From an uncultured bacterium (GTDB lineage Bacteria; Auribacterota; JACPWU01): 32,000 nt of DNA. Position 1 is the stretch's first letter. Each line of letters starts with the position of its first letter. The notes beneath the pieces were generated by a model. The model saw nothing but the letters and a program-made list of their open reading frames with translations. It searched no databases and was not told the DNA's origin. The DNA is taken from positions 469,886 to 501,885 of the forward strand of contig CAZXEQ010000002.1 of the NCBI GenBank assembly GCA_964640155.1. Reading direction: 5' to 3'. This document shows positions 14,217 through 22,592 of the stretch, in pieces. Position numbers and translations under genes: made by a program.

Positions 14217-15749
14217 ATGAAAAAAAATGATATTCAGGAAATAGAATTTAAATGGGGTGTTCGATCAAAAAAAGATATTAGAAGGTTTTTGGAAGAAACA
14301 AAAGATTTTGGGGCTAAAATAGGCCCCCCTAAAAATCTTCAAATTATTGATCATTATCTGGATACTCCTAATCATCTTTTTGGTTTAACCCGAACCTCCT
14401 GTCGACTTAGAAATCAGAGTGGACATTGGGAACTTAATGTCAAAGCCTCCTCAAGATTGAAAGGGGGATTGGCCATGCGAAGGGAAAAAACCTATTCTCT
14501 TCCCTCCCTTCCTTCGTTCTTAAAAGCATTGGCCTATTGCCAAAATAAAATTCTAAATCATATGTTAGGGGCGCATCATTTGCAGAAATTATTTGAAATT
14601 AGAAATCGGCGTGTTGTTAGAAAATTAATATTGGATGGGACAGAGGCAGAGTTGTGCATGGATGATGTGAGTATTCAAAGAGAAGGTTATCCTGTCACTG
14701 CGCTTCAGGAAATCGAGTTGGAATTTTTGAAAGGAGATTTAGATGTGTTTCTAAAGTTCGCTCAGAAAATTTCTCTAAAGCCAGCAGACATATCAAAAGT
14801 AGCCACGGCTCGCAAAGCCTTTTCATTAGAAACTCCGCTGCCAACCCCTGGTATTTATTCTTTTTCAAAAGATGATTCTTTGGCGCATGTCGTTTCACAA
14901 ACCATTAAGCAACATGATGAAATCTTAAAAATGAACGAAGCTTCTTTCCGGGTAGGGATGAATGATGAGGCTGTTCATGATTTAAGAGTGACGTTGCGAT
15001 ATATTCGAGCAGTTCTTGAAGCCTCCAAGACCATGCTCTTTGAAGGAAGTTTGCAGAAAATGACCAAGGATTTGGCGTGGTTGAGAGATCAATTTGCCCT
15101 TTTAAGAGATCTTCAGGTGCACTTGAAATCTTTGAAAGAAGAAATCTTTTCTGAAAAATCGTTAAAACCTTTCAATGCTTATCAGGCCTTTCTTCAAGAA
15201 AAAATTGATAAAGAATATGACAGGGGAAGGGATTTGCTTAATTCCAATCGCTATGCTGCATTGAAAAATGCATTGAGTATGCTTTCTTTCAGTCGTAAAG
15301 GACTTCCTTCTAAAAACGCGAGTAAAGTAGGGAAGAAAGCTCTGAAGAAAATGAATGATAAACTTTCAAAGTTTGCGGCTAAAATTCATTCAGACGATAT
15401 GGATAAAAAACTTCATGCTTTAAGAATTTTGATTCGTAATTTGCGATATGTGTGTGAAGTTTTTCAGCCAGTTTTGGATGAGGATATTCATAAATTTATT
15501 AAAAAAACAATTCATCTTCAAACTCTTTTAGGGCAATTTCAAGATGTCATGATACAAATTCATTTAATAAAAACTCATCAATCTGCATCAGATTTGCCTC
15601 GTTACTTTTCTAAAGATATAAGATCTTTACTTCGAACAAAATTGAGAGAGAAAAACAATGAAAAAAGGAAGTTGGGGAAAGCTGCTTTTAAGGAATGGAG
15701 GAAATATCAGAAAAAAGCTTTGCCAGTGCTTGAAAAAGTTCTTGGCTAA
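14217..15749 (+). CDS. CYTH and CHAD domain-containing protein (triphosphate-tunnel plus polyphosphate-granule-associated domain)
   Basis: N-terminal EIEFKW (ExExK CYTH signature) within a ~200-aa beta-rich domain. The C-terminal ~300-aa helical region contains HDLRV.LR..R and LR.L.R.LRY, typical of CHAD. Confidence 0.7.
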   Translation: MKKNDIQEIEFKWGVRSKKDIRRFLEETKDFGAKIGPPKNLQIIDHYLDTPNHLFGLTRTSCRLRNQSGHWELNVKASSRLKGGLAMRREKTYSLPSLPSFLKALAYCQNKILNHMLGAHHLQKLFEIRNRRVVRKLILDGTEAELCMDDVSIQREGYPVTALQEIELEFLKGDLDVFLKFAQKISLKPADISKVATARKAFSLETPLPTPGIYSFSKDDSLAHVVSQTIKQHDEILKMNEASFRVGMNDEAVHDLRVTLRYIRAVLEASKTMLFEGSLQKMTKDLAWLRDQFALLRDLQVHLKSLKEEIFSEKSLKPFNAYQAFLQEKIDKEYDRGRDLLNSNRYAALKNALSMLSFSRKGLPSKNASKVGKKALKKMNDKLSKFAAKIHSDDMDKKLHALRILIRNLRYVCEVFQPVLDEDIHKFIKKTIHLQTLLGQFQDVMIQIHLIKTHQSASDLPRYFSKDIRSLLRTKLREKNNEKRKLGKAAFKEWRKYQKKALPVLEKVLG

Positions 15750-15772
15750 TTTCTTGAAGAATCTTTTAAAAC

Positions 15773-15806
15773 AAAAACCCGAGGGCTTATTGCCGCTCGG
15801 GTTTTT
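15773..15806. terminator. Bidirectional intrinsic terminator between convergent genes
   Basis: AAAAACCCGAG (15773-15783) pairs with CTCGGGTTTTT (15796-15806) around a 12-nt loop. The A-run and T-run flanks make it usable on both strands. Confidence 0.75.
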
Positions 15807-15826
15807 GTTTTGTTGATGAAAACTTA

Positions 15827-16333
15827 TTATTTACAACCACTTTTCTTGCAAAGCTCTTTGGCTTTTGCCATTTGCTCTGGAGTCAGAATAGCTCTTAAAT
15901 CTGCATAATTCTTAAGAGTTTTTTTGCCCGCAGTAGCCCATCCAGCTGAACCTTGATCAATCATGGCATTTATTCCCTCAACATCAAGCTTTTCTTCACA
16001 AAGCTTGGAAGATAAATCCATACACATGACTTTCATTTGAGCTGCGCCTAAGATAGCTTCTTTTTTGGTTTCCATCTTGATGCTCTTGATTTTCTTAACT
16101 TGCTCATCGTTTAAACCAATTTCAGATGCGTTTTCAAGCAAGAAGTGAGCGCATTTCATAACAGCATTTGCGATGGGACATTTGCTGCAAGACTTTTTGC
16201 TGCGTTCACAAGATTTTCCACTACAAGATTCGCTTTTGCCGGTAGAACAATGATTTTTGCCATGGTCAGAAAAAGCAGGTGTTATAAATGCAAATAATCC
16301 GATCATCAAAGCGATCATCGAAATTTTTTTCAT
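15827..16333 (-). CDS. Periplasmic Spy/CpxP/ZraP-like protein with a Cys/His-rich N-terminal segment
   Basis: Strong AAGGAGA RBS and a signal peptide (MKKISMIALMIGLFAFITPAFS). A Cys-rich stretch (HGKNHCSTGKSESCSGKSCERSKKSCSKCPI) is followed by two L(N/T)xEQ helices (LNDEQVKKIK, LTPEQMAKAKEL), as in the Spy/CpxP/ZraP family. Confidence 0.45.
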   Translation of the reverse strand: MKKISMIALMIGLFAFITPAFSDHGKNHCSTGKSESCSGKSCERSKKSCSKCPIANAVMKCAHFLLENASEIGLNDEQVKKIKSIKMETKKEAILGAAQMKVMCMDLSSKLCEEKLDVEGINAMIDQGSAGWATAGKKTLKNYADLRAILTPEQMAKAKELCKKSGCK

Positions 16334-16453
16334 GATATTTCTCCTTGTCGTTTTTTGATTTTTCTTTACAAAAAGTTATGCTACCTGAATGATAATGAAC
16401 AGGCAAGTTTAAATGCTACAAAAAAGATTAAATTAAGATTAAAAGTTTTTAAT

Positions 16454-17725
16454 ATGAAATCAGAATCATTCGATATTGCTATCGTTGGTGCAGGTGCTGC
16501 CGGATTGATGGCAGCCATTTGGGTAGGCAGAACAGCTCTGAAATCTAAACCTCTTCGTATTTTGCTTTTGGATGCCAAGAAAAATTTTGGGGCAAAGATT
16601 CTCATGTCTGGGGGAACACGCTGTAATGTGACAAATAAAAAAGTAGCTTTGTCTGATTTTCATGGAGGAGGTCCCAGTCATTTTATAAAACATATTTTTG
16701 AAGCGTTTACACCTGAAAAAACAATTCATTTTTTTGATGAAATAGGCGTCAAGCTGGTTCTTGAGTCCACAGATAAGTATTTCCCGAGATCCAATTCTGC
16801 TCAAACTGTTCTAGATGCACTTGTCTATGAAGTGAAGCAGCTAGGAGTTCAGATACAAGCAGGAATTCGAATTACAGAGATTAATAAATCGAATTCAAGA
16901 TTTTATCTTAAAAATTCAGATGGTACGTATTCTGTCTTCGCTCAAAAAGTTATTTTGACAACAGGTGGGCTCTCTCATCCCACCACAGGAAGCGATGGAA
17001 CAGGATATAAGATTGCTAGGGAATTTGGACATACTCTTACGAGCACATTTGCTGCGTTAACACCTCTTTTAACAAATGACAAAGACTGGAGAAGTTTAAG
17101 TGGGATTTCATTTAAAGTGACACTCTCTTTCTTGAAAAATGGGAAAAAAGAAAAAGAATATTCCGACTCATTTTTATTTACTCATTTTGGTTTTAGTGGA
17201 CCTGCAGCACTTGATATCAGCCGATTTATTTCAAGTGCGAAGAAAGAGGAAGCCCCTCAAATCATTGCAAGTTTTCTGCCAGACCATGATGAAAATTCTT
17301 TAAGAGCTGCATTTCAAGCTTTGCAGCAAACCTCTCCAAGCAAAACGATCAAAAATTTGCTTATCGAAAGATTTTTATTGCCTGGGCGATTTATTGAAAT
17401 ATTTCTCAAAAAAATTAAAGTAAGAGAAAATGAAGTGATAGGAAAAATATCACGTGAAGTGCGTAAGAAAATAATGGATGAGTTATTATTTTATCCGTTA
17501 GAAGTAACGGGTGTTTTTGGTTATCAGAAGGCAGAAGTGACTGCGGGAGGACTTTGTCTTAAAGAGATAGAAGTTTCTACGATGGAATCAAAAAAAGTAG
17601 AAGGTCTTTACTTCGCAGGAGAGATTTTAGATGTGGATGGACGAATTGGCGGATTTAATTTTCAATGGGCGTGGAGTACAGGGGCCATTGCAGGGCAGAG
17701 TGCAGCACGGAGTTTGATCTCATGA
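16454..17725 (+). CDS. HI0933/BaiN-family NAD(P)/FAD-dependent oxidoreductase
   Basis: DIAIVGAGAAGLMAA dinucleotide-binding motif directly after Met at 16454; SGGTRCNVTN; C-terminal GLYFAGEILDVDG..GG.N.QWAWS.G. The upstream extension to 16355 in the ORF track is probably not translated. Confidence 0.8.
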   Translation: MKSESFDIAIVGAGAAGLMAAIWVGRTALKSKPLRILLLDAKKNFGAKILMSGGTRCNVTNKKVALSDFHGGGPSHFIKHIFEAFTPEKTIHFFDEIGVKLVLESTDKYFPRSNSAQTVLDALVYEVKQLGVQIQAGIRITEINKSNSRFYLKNSDGTYSVFAQKVILTTGGLSHPTTGSDGTGYKIAREFGHTLTSTFAALTPLLTNDKDWRSLSGISFKVTLSFLKNGKKEKEYSDSFLFTHFGFSGPAALDISRFISSAKKEEAPQIIASFLPDHDENSLRAAFQALQQTSPSKTIKNLLIERFLLPGRFIEIFLKKIKVRENEVIGKISREVRKKIMDELLFYPLEVTGVFGYQKAEVTAGGLCLKEIEVSTMESKKVEGLYFAGEILDVDGRIGGFNFQWAWSTGAIAGQSAARSLIS

Positions 17726-18291
17726 TTTATTTAGCTTCCACATCTCCTAGAAGGAAAATGCTTCTTAAAAAAGCAGGGATTAATTTTCGTGCTTTAAGAC
17801 CTTCTTATGATGAAGACAATGGTTTAAAGGGAAAACCTTCATTTATTGTTCAAACACATGCATTGAAAAAAGCGGAATCATGTATCCAGCAAATACAAAA
17901 TGGCATTGTTTTAGGTTCAGACACTCTTGTTTATTTTAAAGGGCATATCATTGGAAAACCTGAAAACATGAAAAAAGCTTTCCGTGTTTTAGCTCAACTT
18001 CAAAACCAATGGCATGTCGTTTATACAGGGGTTGCCTTCATCAAAGTAGAAAAAAGAAAAATCACACAGGAAAATATTTTCTTTGAAAAAACCAGAGTAA
18101 AACTTAAGAAACTTTCTTTAGAAGAAATTAAAAATTATTTTAAAAAAGTAAATCCATTGGATAAAGCAGGCGCTTATGCTATTCAATCTTCACATGGAGG
18201 CATTGTTGAAGAGGTGAAAGGGTTTTTTTCAAATGCGGTAGGTCTTCCTGTTGAAAGGATTCAAAAACTAATGGAAAAGAAAGTCAATTAG
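17722..18291 (+). CDS. maf: Maf-like nucleoside triphosphate pyrophosphatase
   Basis: MIYLASTSPRRKMLL... with GSDT.V and DKAGAYAIQ motifs. Its ATG overlaps the preceding stop (ATGA at 17722-17725). Confidence 0.85.
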   Translation: MIYLASTSPRRKMLLKKAGINFRALRPSYDEDNGLKGKPSFIVQTHALKKAESCIQQIQNGIVLGSDTLVYFKGHIIGKPENMKKAFRVLAQLQNQWHVVYTGVAFIKVEKRKITQENIFFEKTRVKLKKLSLEEIKNYFKKVNPLDKAGAYAIQSSHGGIVEEVKGFFSNAVGLPVERIQKLMEKKVN

Positions 18292-18332
18292 GGGCATAAT
18301 CGGGCTCAAAATTATTAAAGAAAGGATTATTT

Positions 18333-18620
18333 ATGTCAAAAGCACGCGCACGTCATATTCTTGTGAATGATGAGGCAACCTGTCTTGATCTTAAAAAGAA
18401 AATAGAAGAAGGAGGAGACTTTGCTCAATTTGCCTCAAAGCATTCCAAATGTCCTTCAGGCAAAAGAGGTGGAGATTTAGGTGAATTTTATCCCGGAGAA
18501 ATGGTCAAAGAATTTGATGAGGTGGTTTTTAAAGCTGAGATTGGCAAAGTTCAAGGGCCTGTGAAAACGCAATTTGGGTATCATTTGATCTGGATTGAAA
18601 GTCGTAGTGACTGTTGTTAG
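18333..18620 (+). CDS. ppiC: Parvulin-type peptidyl-prolyl cis-trans isomerase (PpiC-like)
   Basis: 95 aa: ARHILV......C..LK..IE.GGDF...A..HS.CPS...GGDLGEF..G.MV.EFD..VF......V.GPV.T.FGYHLI. AAAGGA RBS upstream. Confidence 0.85.
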   Translation: MSKARARHILVNDEATCLDLKKKIEEGGDFAQFASKHSKCPSGKRGGDLGEFYPGEMVKEFDEVVFKAEIGKVQGPVKTQFGYHLIWIESRSDCC

Positions 18621-18991
18621 CTTTTTAAGCCAAATCGATCATTCAAATATTGGATGATGTTGGCCGATTCATATAGCCACTTCGTCTGGTCATTTTCTTC
18701 AATTCTTAGGCAAGGCACCTGAATGCTTCCGCCTTCTGTTTTTAGTTCTTTTCTATGCTCAGAATTGTTTTGAGCATCTCTATATTCTATAGGAATATTC
18801 AAGCGATGAATAGTTCGGCGGGTGCGCACACAAAAAGGACAAGCATAAAATTGATAGAGCTTTAAGTTCTTAGCCTCTTGATTGACTTTTTCTTGTCCTT
18901 CTCTGGAGCGAACGATTTGTGTGGGACGAGTAAGAAAGTTAATTAGAACAATGATTCTTCCCAAAGCTTCGCGAATAAATTTAATGATCAT
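18617..18991 (-). CDS. Glutaredoxin-like protein with an N-terminal hydrophobic segment
   Basis: LYQFYACPFCVRTRR (CPFC active site) and ...GGSIQVPCLRI (Grx-type cis-Pro region). The ATG at 18991 is preceded by GGAG at 5-nt spacing, whereas the ORF-track start at 19012 is a GTG with no RBS. Confidence 0.65.
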   Translation of the reverse strand: MIIKFIREALGRIIVLINFLTRPTQIVRSREGQEKVNQEAKNLKLYQFYACPFCVRTRRTIHRLNIPIEYRDAQNNSEHRKELKTEGGSIQVPCLRIEENDQTKWLYESANIIQYLNDRFGLKS

Positions 18992-19147
18992 AAAATTCTC
19001 CAGTCTTTCCACAGTGTATAAAAATGACTGTTGAAATCCAATGTTTAAATTTTTGTTTATATATTTTGAGATCTGTTATGAAGACTTAAGATGCTTTCAT
19101 TCTCTGCATCCGTTACAATAATAAACACGAATGATTAAGAGCCATAT

Positions 19148-21166
19148 ATGCAAATACATTTGCTTCAAGATTTAGCAGTCGTGATGGTTGTTGCTGGGGG
19201 CATGGCACTTCTTTGCCAATGGCTTCGGCAACCTGTGGTCATGGGGTATCTGATCGCGGGGCTCATCATTGGTCCTTATACTCCACCTTTCTCTCTCATT
19301 CATAATATTGAAAGCATTCGTACCATGGCTGAACTGGGCCTGGTTTTCTTGATGTTTTCTTTGGGATTAGAATTTAATCTTCCTAAAATTCGAAAGGTAG
19401 GACTTTCGGCAGCTCTTGCAACGCTTCTTGAAGTAGCGGGAATGTTGGGTATTGGGTTTTTACTTGGACAGTGGTTTGGATGGAGTAAAATCGATAGTTT
19501 ATTTTTAGGAGCTATTCTTTCGATTAGTAGTACAACCATCATTGTAAAAGTTCTTATGGACTTTAAGATGATGAAAGAAAACTTTACCCAAACAGTTTTT
19601 GGAATCCTTATTCTCGAAGATATTGTAGCTGTAGTGATATTGTCAATTTTATCGGGCCTTGGAAAGCAGGGTGGTCCTGATCTAACGGTGGTCCTTGCTT
19701 CATTTTTTCGTGTAGGATTCTTTATTGTTTTATTTTTAGTATTAGGGCTTCTCTTCATCCCTAAATTTATTCGTTGGGTAGCGCATTTTGGTTTAAAAGA
19801 AATTTTAGGAATTGTAACTTTAGGATGTTGTTTAGCAGGGTCTTTACTTGCACACTCTTTTCATTTGTCAATTGCCTTAGGAGCATTTTTAACAGGAGCA
19901 GTATTAGCTGCATCCAAGGAAATCCATGAAATAGAAGGATGGATTCATCCTATACGCGATATGTTCAGTGCGATTTTTTTTGTATCTGCAGGAATGCTTA
20001 TTGACCCTGAATTACTTTGGCATTATAAATGGCCCATTTTAGTTGTTACGTTGGTTACCATCTTAGGGAAAAGTGTGAGTGGGGCATTAGGCTCTTTCTT
20101 AGTAGGGTATGATGTTAAGACGTCTGCACGGGTGGGAATGAGTTTAGCCCAAATCGGAGAATTTTCTTTTGTTATTGCCAGTTTGGGAGTCACTCTCAAT
20201 ATTACAAGTCATTTTCTCTATCCTCTGGCAGTGGCTGTATCTTCCCTAACAACATTGGCAACCCCTTATCTTATTAGAAATTCTGATCGTTTTGTGGGAG
20301 GAATTTTGAGGGTGACTCCGCTTTCTATTCAGGTGGTGTTTCGCAAATATCAAACATGGGTCCATCCGGTTAACCCAGCTTCTGTGAATAAGAATAAAAC
20401 AACCATTTTTTCGAAGTATCTTGTTCGACTTACTGTTTATATGGCTTTGTTGTTTGCCTTTCTGTTGTTGACGCAAACGATTTCGATTGTTGTGATGCGC
20501 CTTTCTTTCAACAATAATCTAAAAGTGGTTGGCCTCATTCTTGTCTGGATCTTTTTTCTTTTGCTGTCTTTGCCTTTATTTAGAATTATTTCAAAATATG
20601 CGAATCATATTTTGCTTCTGCTAATTACGAGAAATAAATATATTCTAAGTCATCTTAATATCCGCTTTTTTTACAATATCGCAGATCTTTTTATTACAAG
20701 CTCACTGGGATATATTGGTTTAATTTTTGCCTTTCGATTTATTCCCTCTGTAAAAATTGTTGGAGCCATAGGGGTTCTTTTATTTTTAATAGGATATTTT
20801 CTTCGTAAGAGAATTTTCTTTGTTGTAGAAAAACTCGAAAAAAGTTTGGATCATATTACAGGCCTTGCGACTAGCGAACCTACGCGACTCGCTGTGATTC
20901 AATCTGGAGAGAGAAAGCTTCTTCTCTTTGATATGATGGAACAGGTTATTTTGCCAAAAGATTTTAGATTTCTTCATCATAAAATTCGAGATTTAAAATT
21001 ACGAGAGCAAACAGGTGCAAGTATTGTTGCTGTTTATCGAGAAGGCGAACATATTCCCAATCCTGGCCCTGACGAAGAACTCCTTTTAGATGATGTTCTG
21101 GTTTTAATTGGAAATGAAAATGACCTTGTTCAGGCAAGACAGTTTTTGCTTTCGACAGCGGAATAG
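19148..21166 (+). CDS. CPA2-family monovalent cation:proton antiporter with a C-terminal RCK_C (TrkA-C) domain
   Basis: N-terminal ~380 aa resembles Kef-type Na_H_exchanger sequence (LGYLIAGLIIGP, ELGLVFLMFSLGLEF, SLALGAFLAG-like). An extra hydrophobic block spans ~aa 420-560. The C-terminus reads LREQTGASIVAVYREGEHIPNPGPDEELLLDDVLVLIG, typical of TrkA-C. Confidence 0.75.
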   Translation: MQIHLLQDLAVVMVVAGGMALLCQWLRQPVVMGYLIAGLIIGPYTPPFSLIHNIESIRTMAELGLVFLMFSLGLEFNLPKIRKVGLSAALATLLEVAGMLGIGFLLGQWFGWSKIDSLFLGAILSISSTTIIVKVLMDFKMMKENFTQTVFGILILEDIVAVVILSILSGLGKQGGPDLTVVLASFFRVGFFIVLFLVLGLLFIPKFIRWVAHFGLKEILGIVTLGCCLAGSLLAHSFHLSIALGAFLTGAVLAASKEIHEIEGWIHPIRDMFSAIFFVSAGMLIDPELLWHYKWPILVVTLVTILGKSVSGALGSFLVGYDVKTSARVGMSLAQIGEFSFVIASLGVTLNITSHFLYPLAVAVSSLTTLATPYLIRNSDRFVGGILRVTPLSIQVVFRKYQTWVHPVNPASVNKNKTTIFSKYLVRLTVYMALLFAFLLLTQTISIVVMRLSFNNNLKVVGLILVWIFFLLLSLPLFRIISKYANHILLLLITRNKYILSHLNIRFFYNIADLFITSSLGYIGLIFAFRFIPSVKIVGAIGVLLFLIGYFLRKRIFFVVEKLEKSLDHITGLATSEPTRLAVIQSGERKLLLFDMMEQVILPKDFRFLHHKIRDLKLREQTGASIVAVYREGEHIPNPGPDEELLLDDVLVLIGNENDLVQARQFLLSTAE

Positions 21167-21186
21167 AAAAGCCCAGGAAATTTAAA

Positions 21187-21693
21187 ATGACGAAAACGAT
21201 ATGGATATGTATTTTGTTATCTTTAAGCTTTTCCCAAATAGAGATTTTAGGTGATCAAACGATTCTTTCTCAAAAAGGAAGTGAGGGTTCTATGGAATAT
21301 CATAAGAGTGAATCAGAATGGAAGAAGACGCTGACCCCCGAACAATATCATGTATTAAGGGAAAAGGGAACGGAGCGCCCCTTTAGCGGAAAATATAATC
21401 TTCATTTTGAAAATGGGAAGTATGTTTGTGCGGGTTGTGGGTATGAGTTGTTTGACTCAAAAAATAAATTTGAATCTCACTGTGGCTGGCCCAGTTTTGA
21501 TGAGGAACTTGCATCAGGACGAATTAAAGAAATAACAGATACCTCTCATGGAATGATGAGGACAGAAATTTTGTGTGGTCGGTGTGGAGGGCATTTGGGG
21601 CATGTTTTTAATGATGGTCCCACTCAAACAGGTTTGCGCTATTGTGTGAATTCAGAGTCTTTGGATTTTAAAAAATCTGAAAAACAAAATTGA
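21187..21693 (+). CDS. msrB: Peptide-methionine (R)-S-oxide reductase MsrB, with an N-terminal signal/anchor
   Basis: CAGCG..LF...KF.S.CGWPSF and CGRCGGHLGHVFNDGP...G.RYCVNS (two CxxC zinc motifs plus the catalytic Cys). Confidence 0.9.
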   Translation: MTKTIWICILLSLSFSQIEILGDQTILSQKGSEGSMEYHKSESEWKKTLTPEQYHVLREKGTERPFSGKYNLHFENGKYVCAGCGYELFDSKNKFESHCGWPSFDEELASGRIKEITDTSHGMMRTEILCGRCGGHLGHVFNDGPTQTGLRYCVNSESLDFKKSEKQN

Positions 21694-21703
21694 TGAGAGA
21701 AAA

Positions 21704-22519
21704 ATGGATATTATAAAACACGTGTATTTGATATCTGATTCGACAGGTGAGTTGGGAGAAAGATTTATTAATGCCTTGATGAGTCAATTCCCGAAGGGCC
21801 TTTTTATTTTTAAAAAGTTTAATTTTGTGACCAGTGAAGATTCTTTAGAAAAGGTTTTTAAAAAAATGGATGAGCAAAATAGCATTTTGTTTCATACCGT
21901 ATTGTCAAAATCTTTGAAACAAAAAATAACTTTGCTGAGTGCGCATAAAAAAATTCATGAATTTGACTTAACAGGTCCTCCCACAGAATTTATTGCGCGT
22001 TTTTTGAATGTAGACCCTTTAGAAAATGTTTCAGCTCTGCATCGTATGGATGATGCGTATGGGAAAAGGATTGATGCCATTGAATATACGATGGATCATG
22101 ATGATGGTGCAAAGACATCTCATCTGGAAAAGGCAGATGTGATTCTGTTAGGCCCGTCGCGTTCTTCTAAAACGCCTACCAGTGTGTATCTCGCTGTGAA
22201 AGGGTATTGTGTGGCGAATGTACCTTTAATTCACACCATCGATATTCATGAAAGTGTGAAAGCTCTTAAAGGAAATCCCAAGGTTATTGGATTTGTAATC
22301 AAACCCGAAAAACTTTGTGAGATGAGAATGAAAAGAGTTTCGGAGCTGAACATGGGGGCGACTGCCTATACGGATATTGAAGAAGTTAGAAAAGAAGTTC
22401 TTTGGTGTCGGCGTCTTTATCAAACCTATGAATGGAAAACCATTGATATCACGGGCCGTGCGATCGAAGAGACTGCAACCCTCATCATGAAGCATATTCA
22501 CGAAAGCAGTATGAGGTAA
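21704..22519 (+). CDS. ppsR: Pyruvate, water/phosphate dikinase regulatory protein (DUF299 kinase/pyrophosphorylase)
   Basis: ~271 aa with a YLISDSTGE N-terminus and the P-loop-like GPSRSSKTPTSVYLA.KG..VANVPL. Confidence 0.8.
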   Translation: MDIIKHVYLISDSTGELGERFINALMSQFPKGLFIFKKFNFVTSEDSLEKVFKKMDEQNSILFHTVLSKSLKQKITLLSAHKKIHEFDLTGPPTEFIARFLNVDPLENVSALHRMDDAYGKRIDAIEYTMDHDDGAKTSHLEKADVILLGPSRSSKTPTSVYLAVKGYCVANVPLIHTIDIHESVKALKGNPKVIGFVIKPEKLCEMRMKRVSELNMGATAYTDIEEVRKEVLWCRRLYQTYEWKTIDITGRAIEETATLIMKHIHESSMR

Positions 22520-22592
22520 GCCTTCCCCCCGGAAAATATATCAAGATCAAGATAGCCTGTTTGTTTTTATTATTTCTGTACGTCTCATGGTG

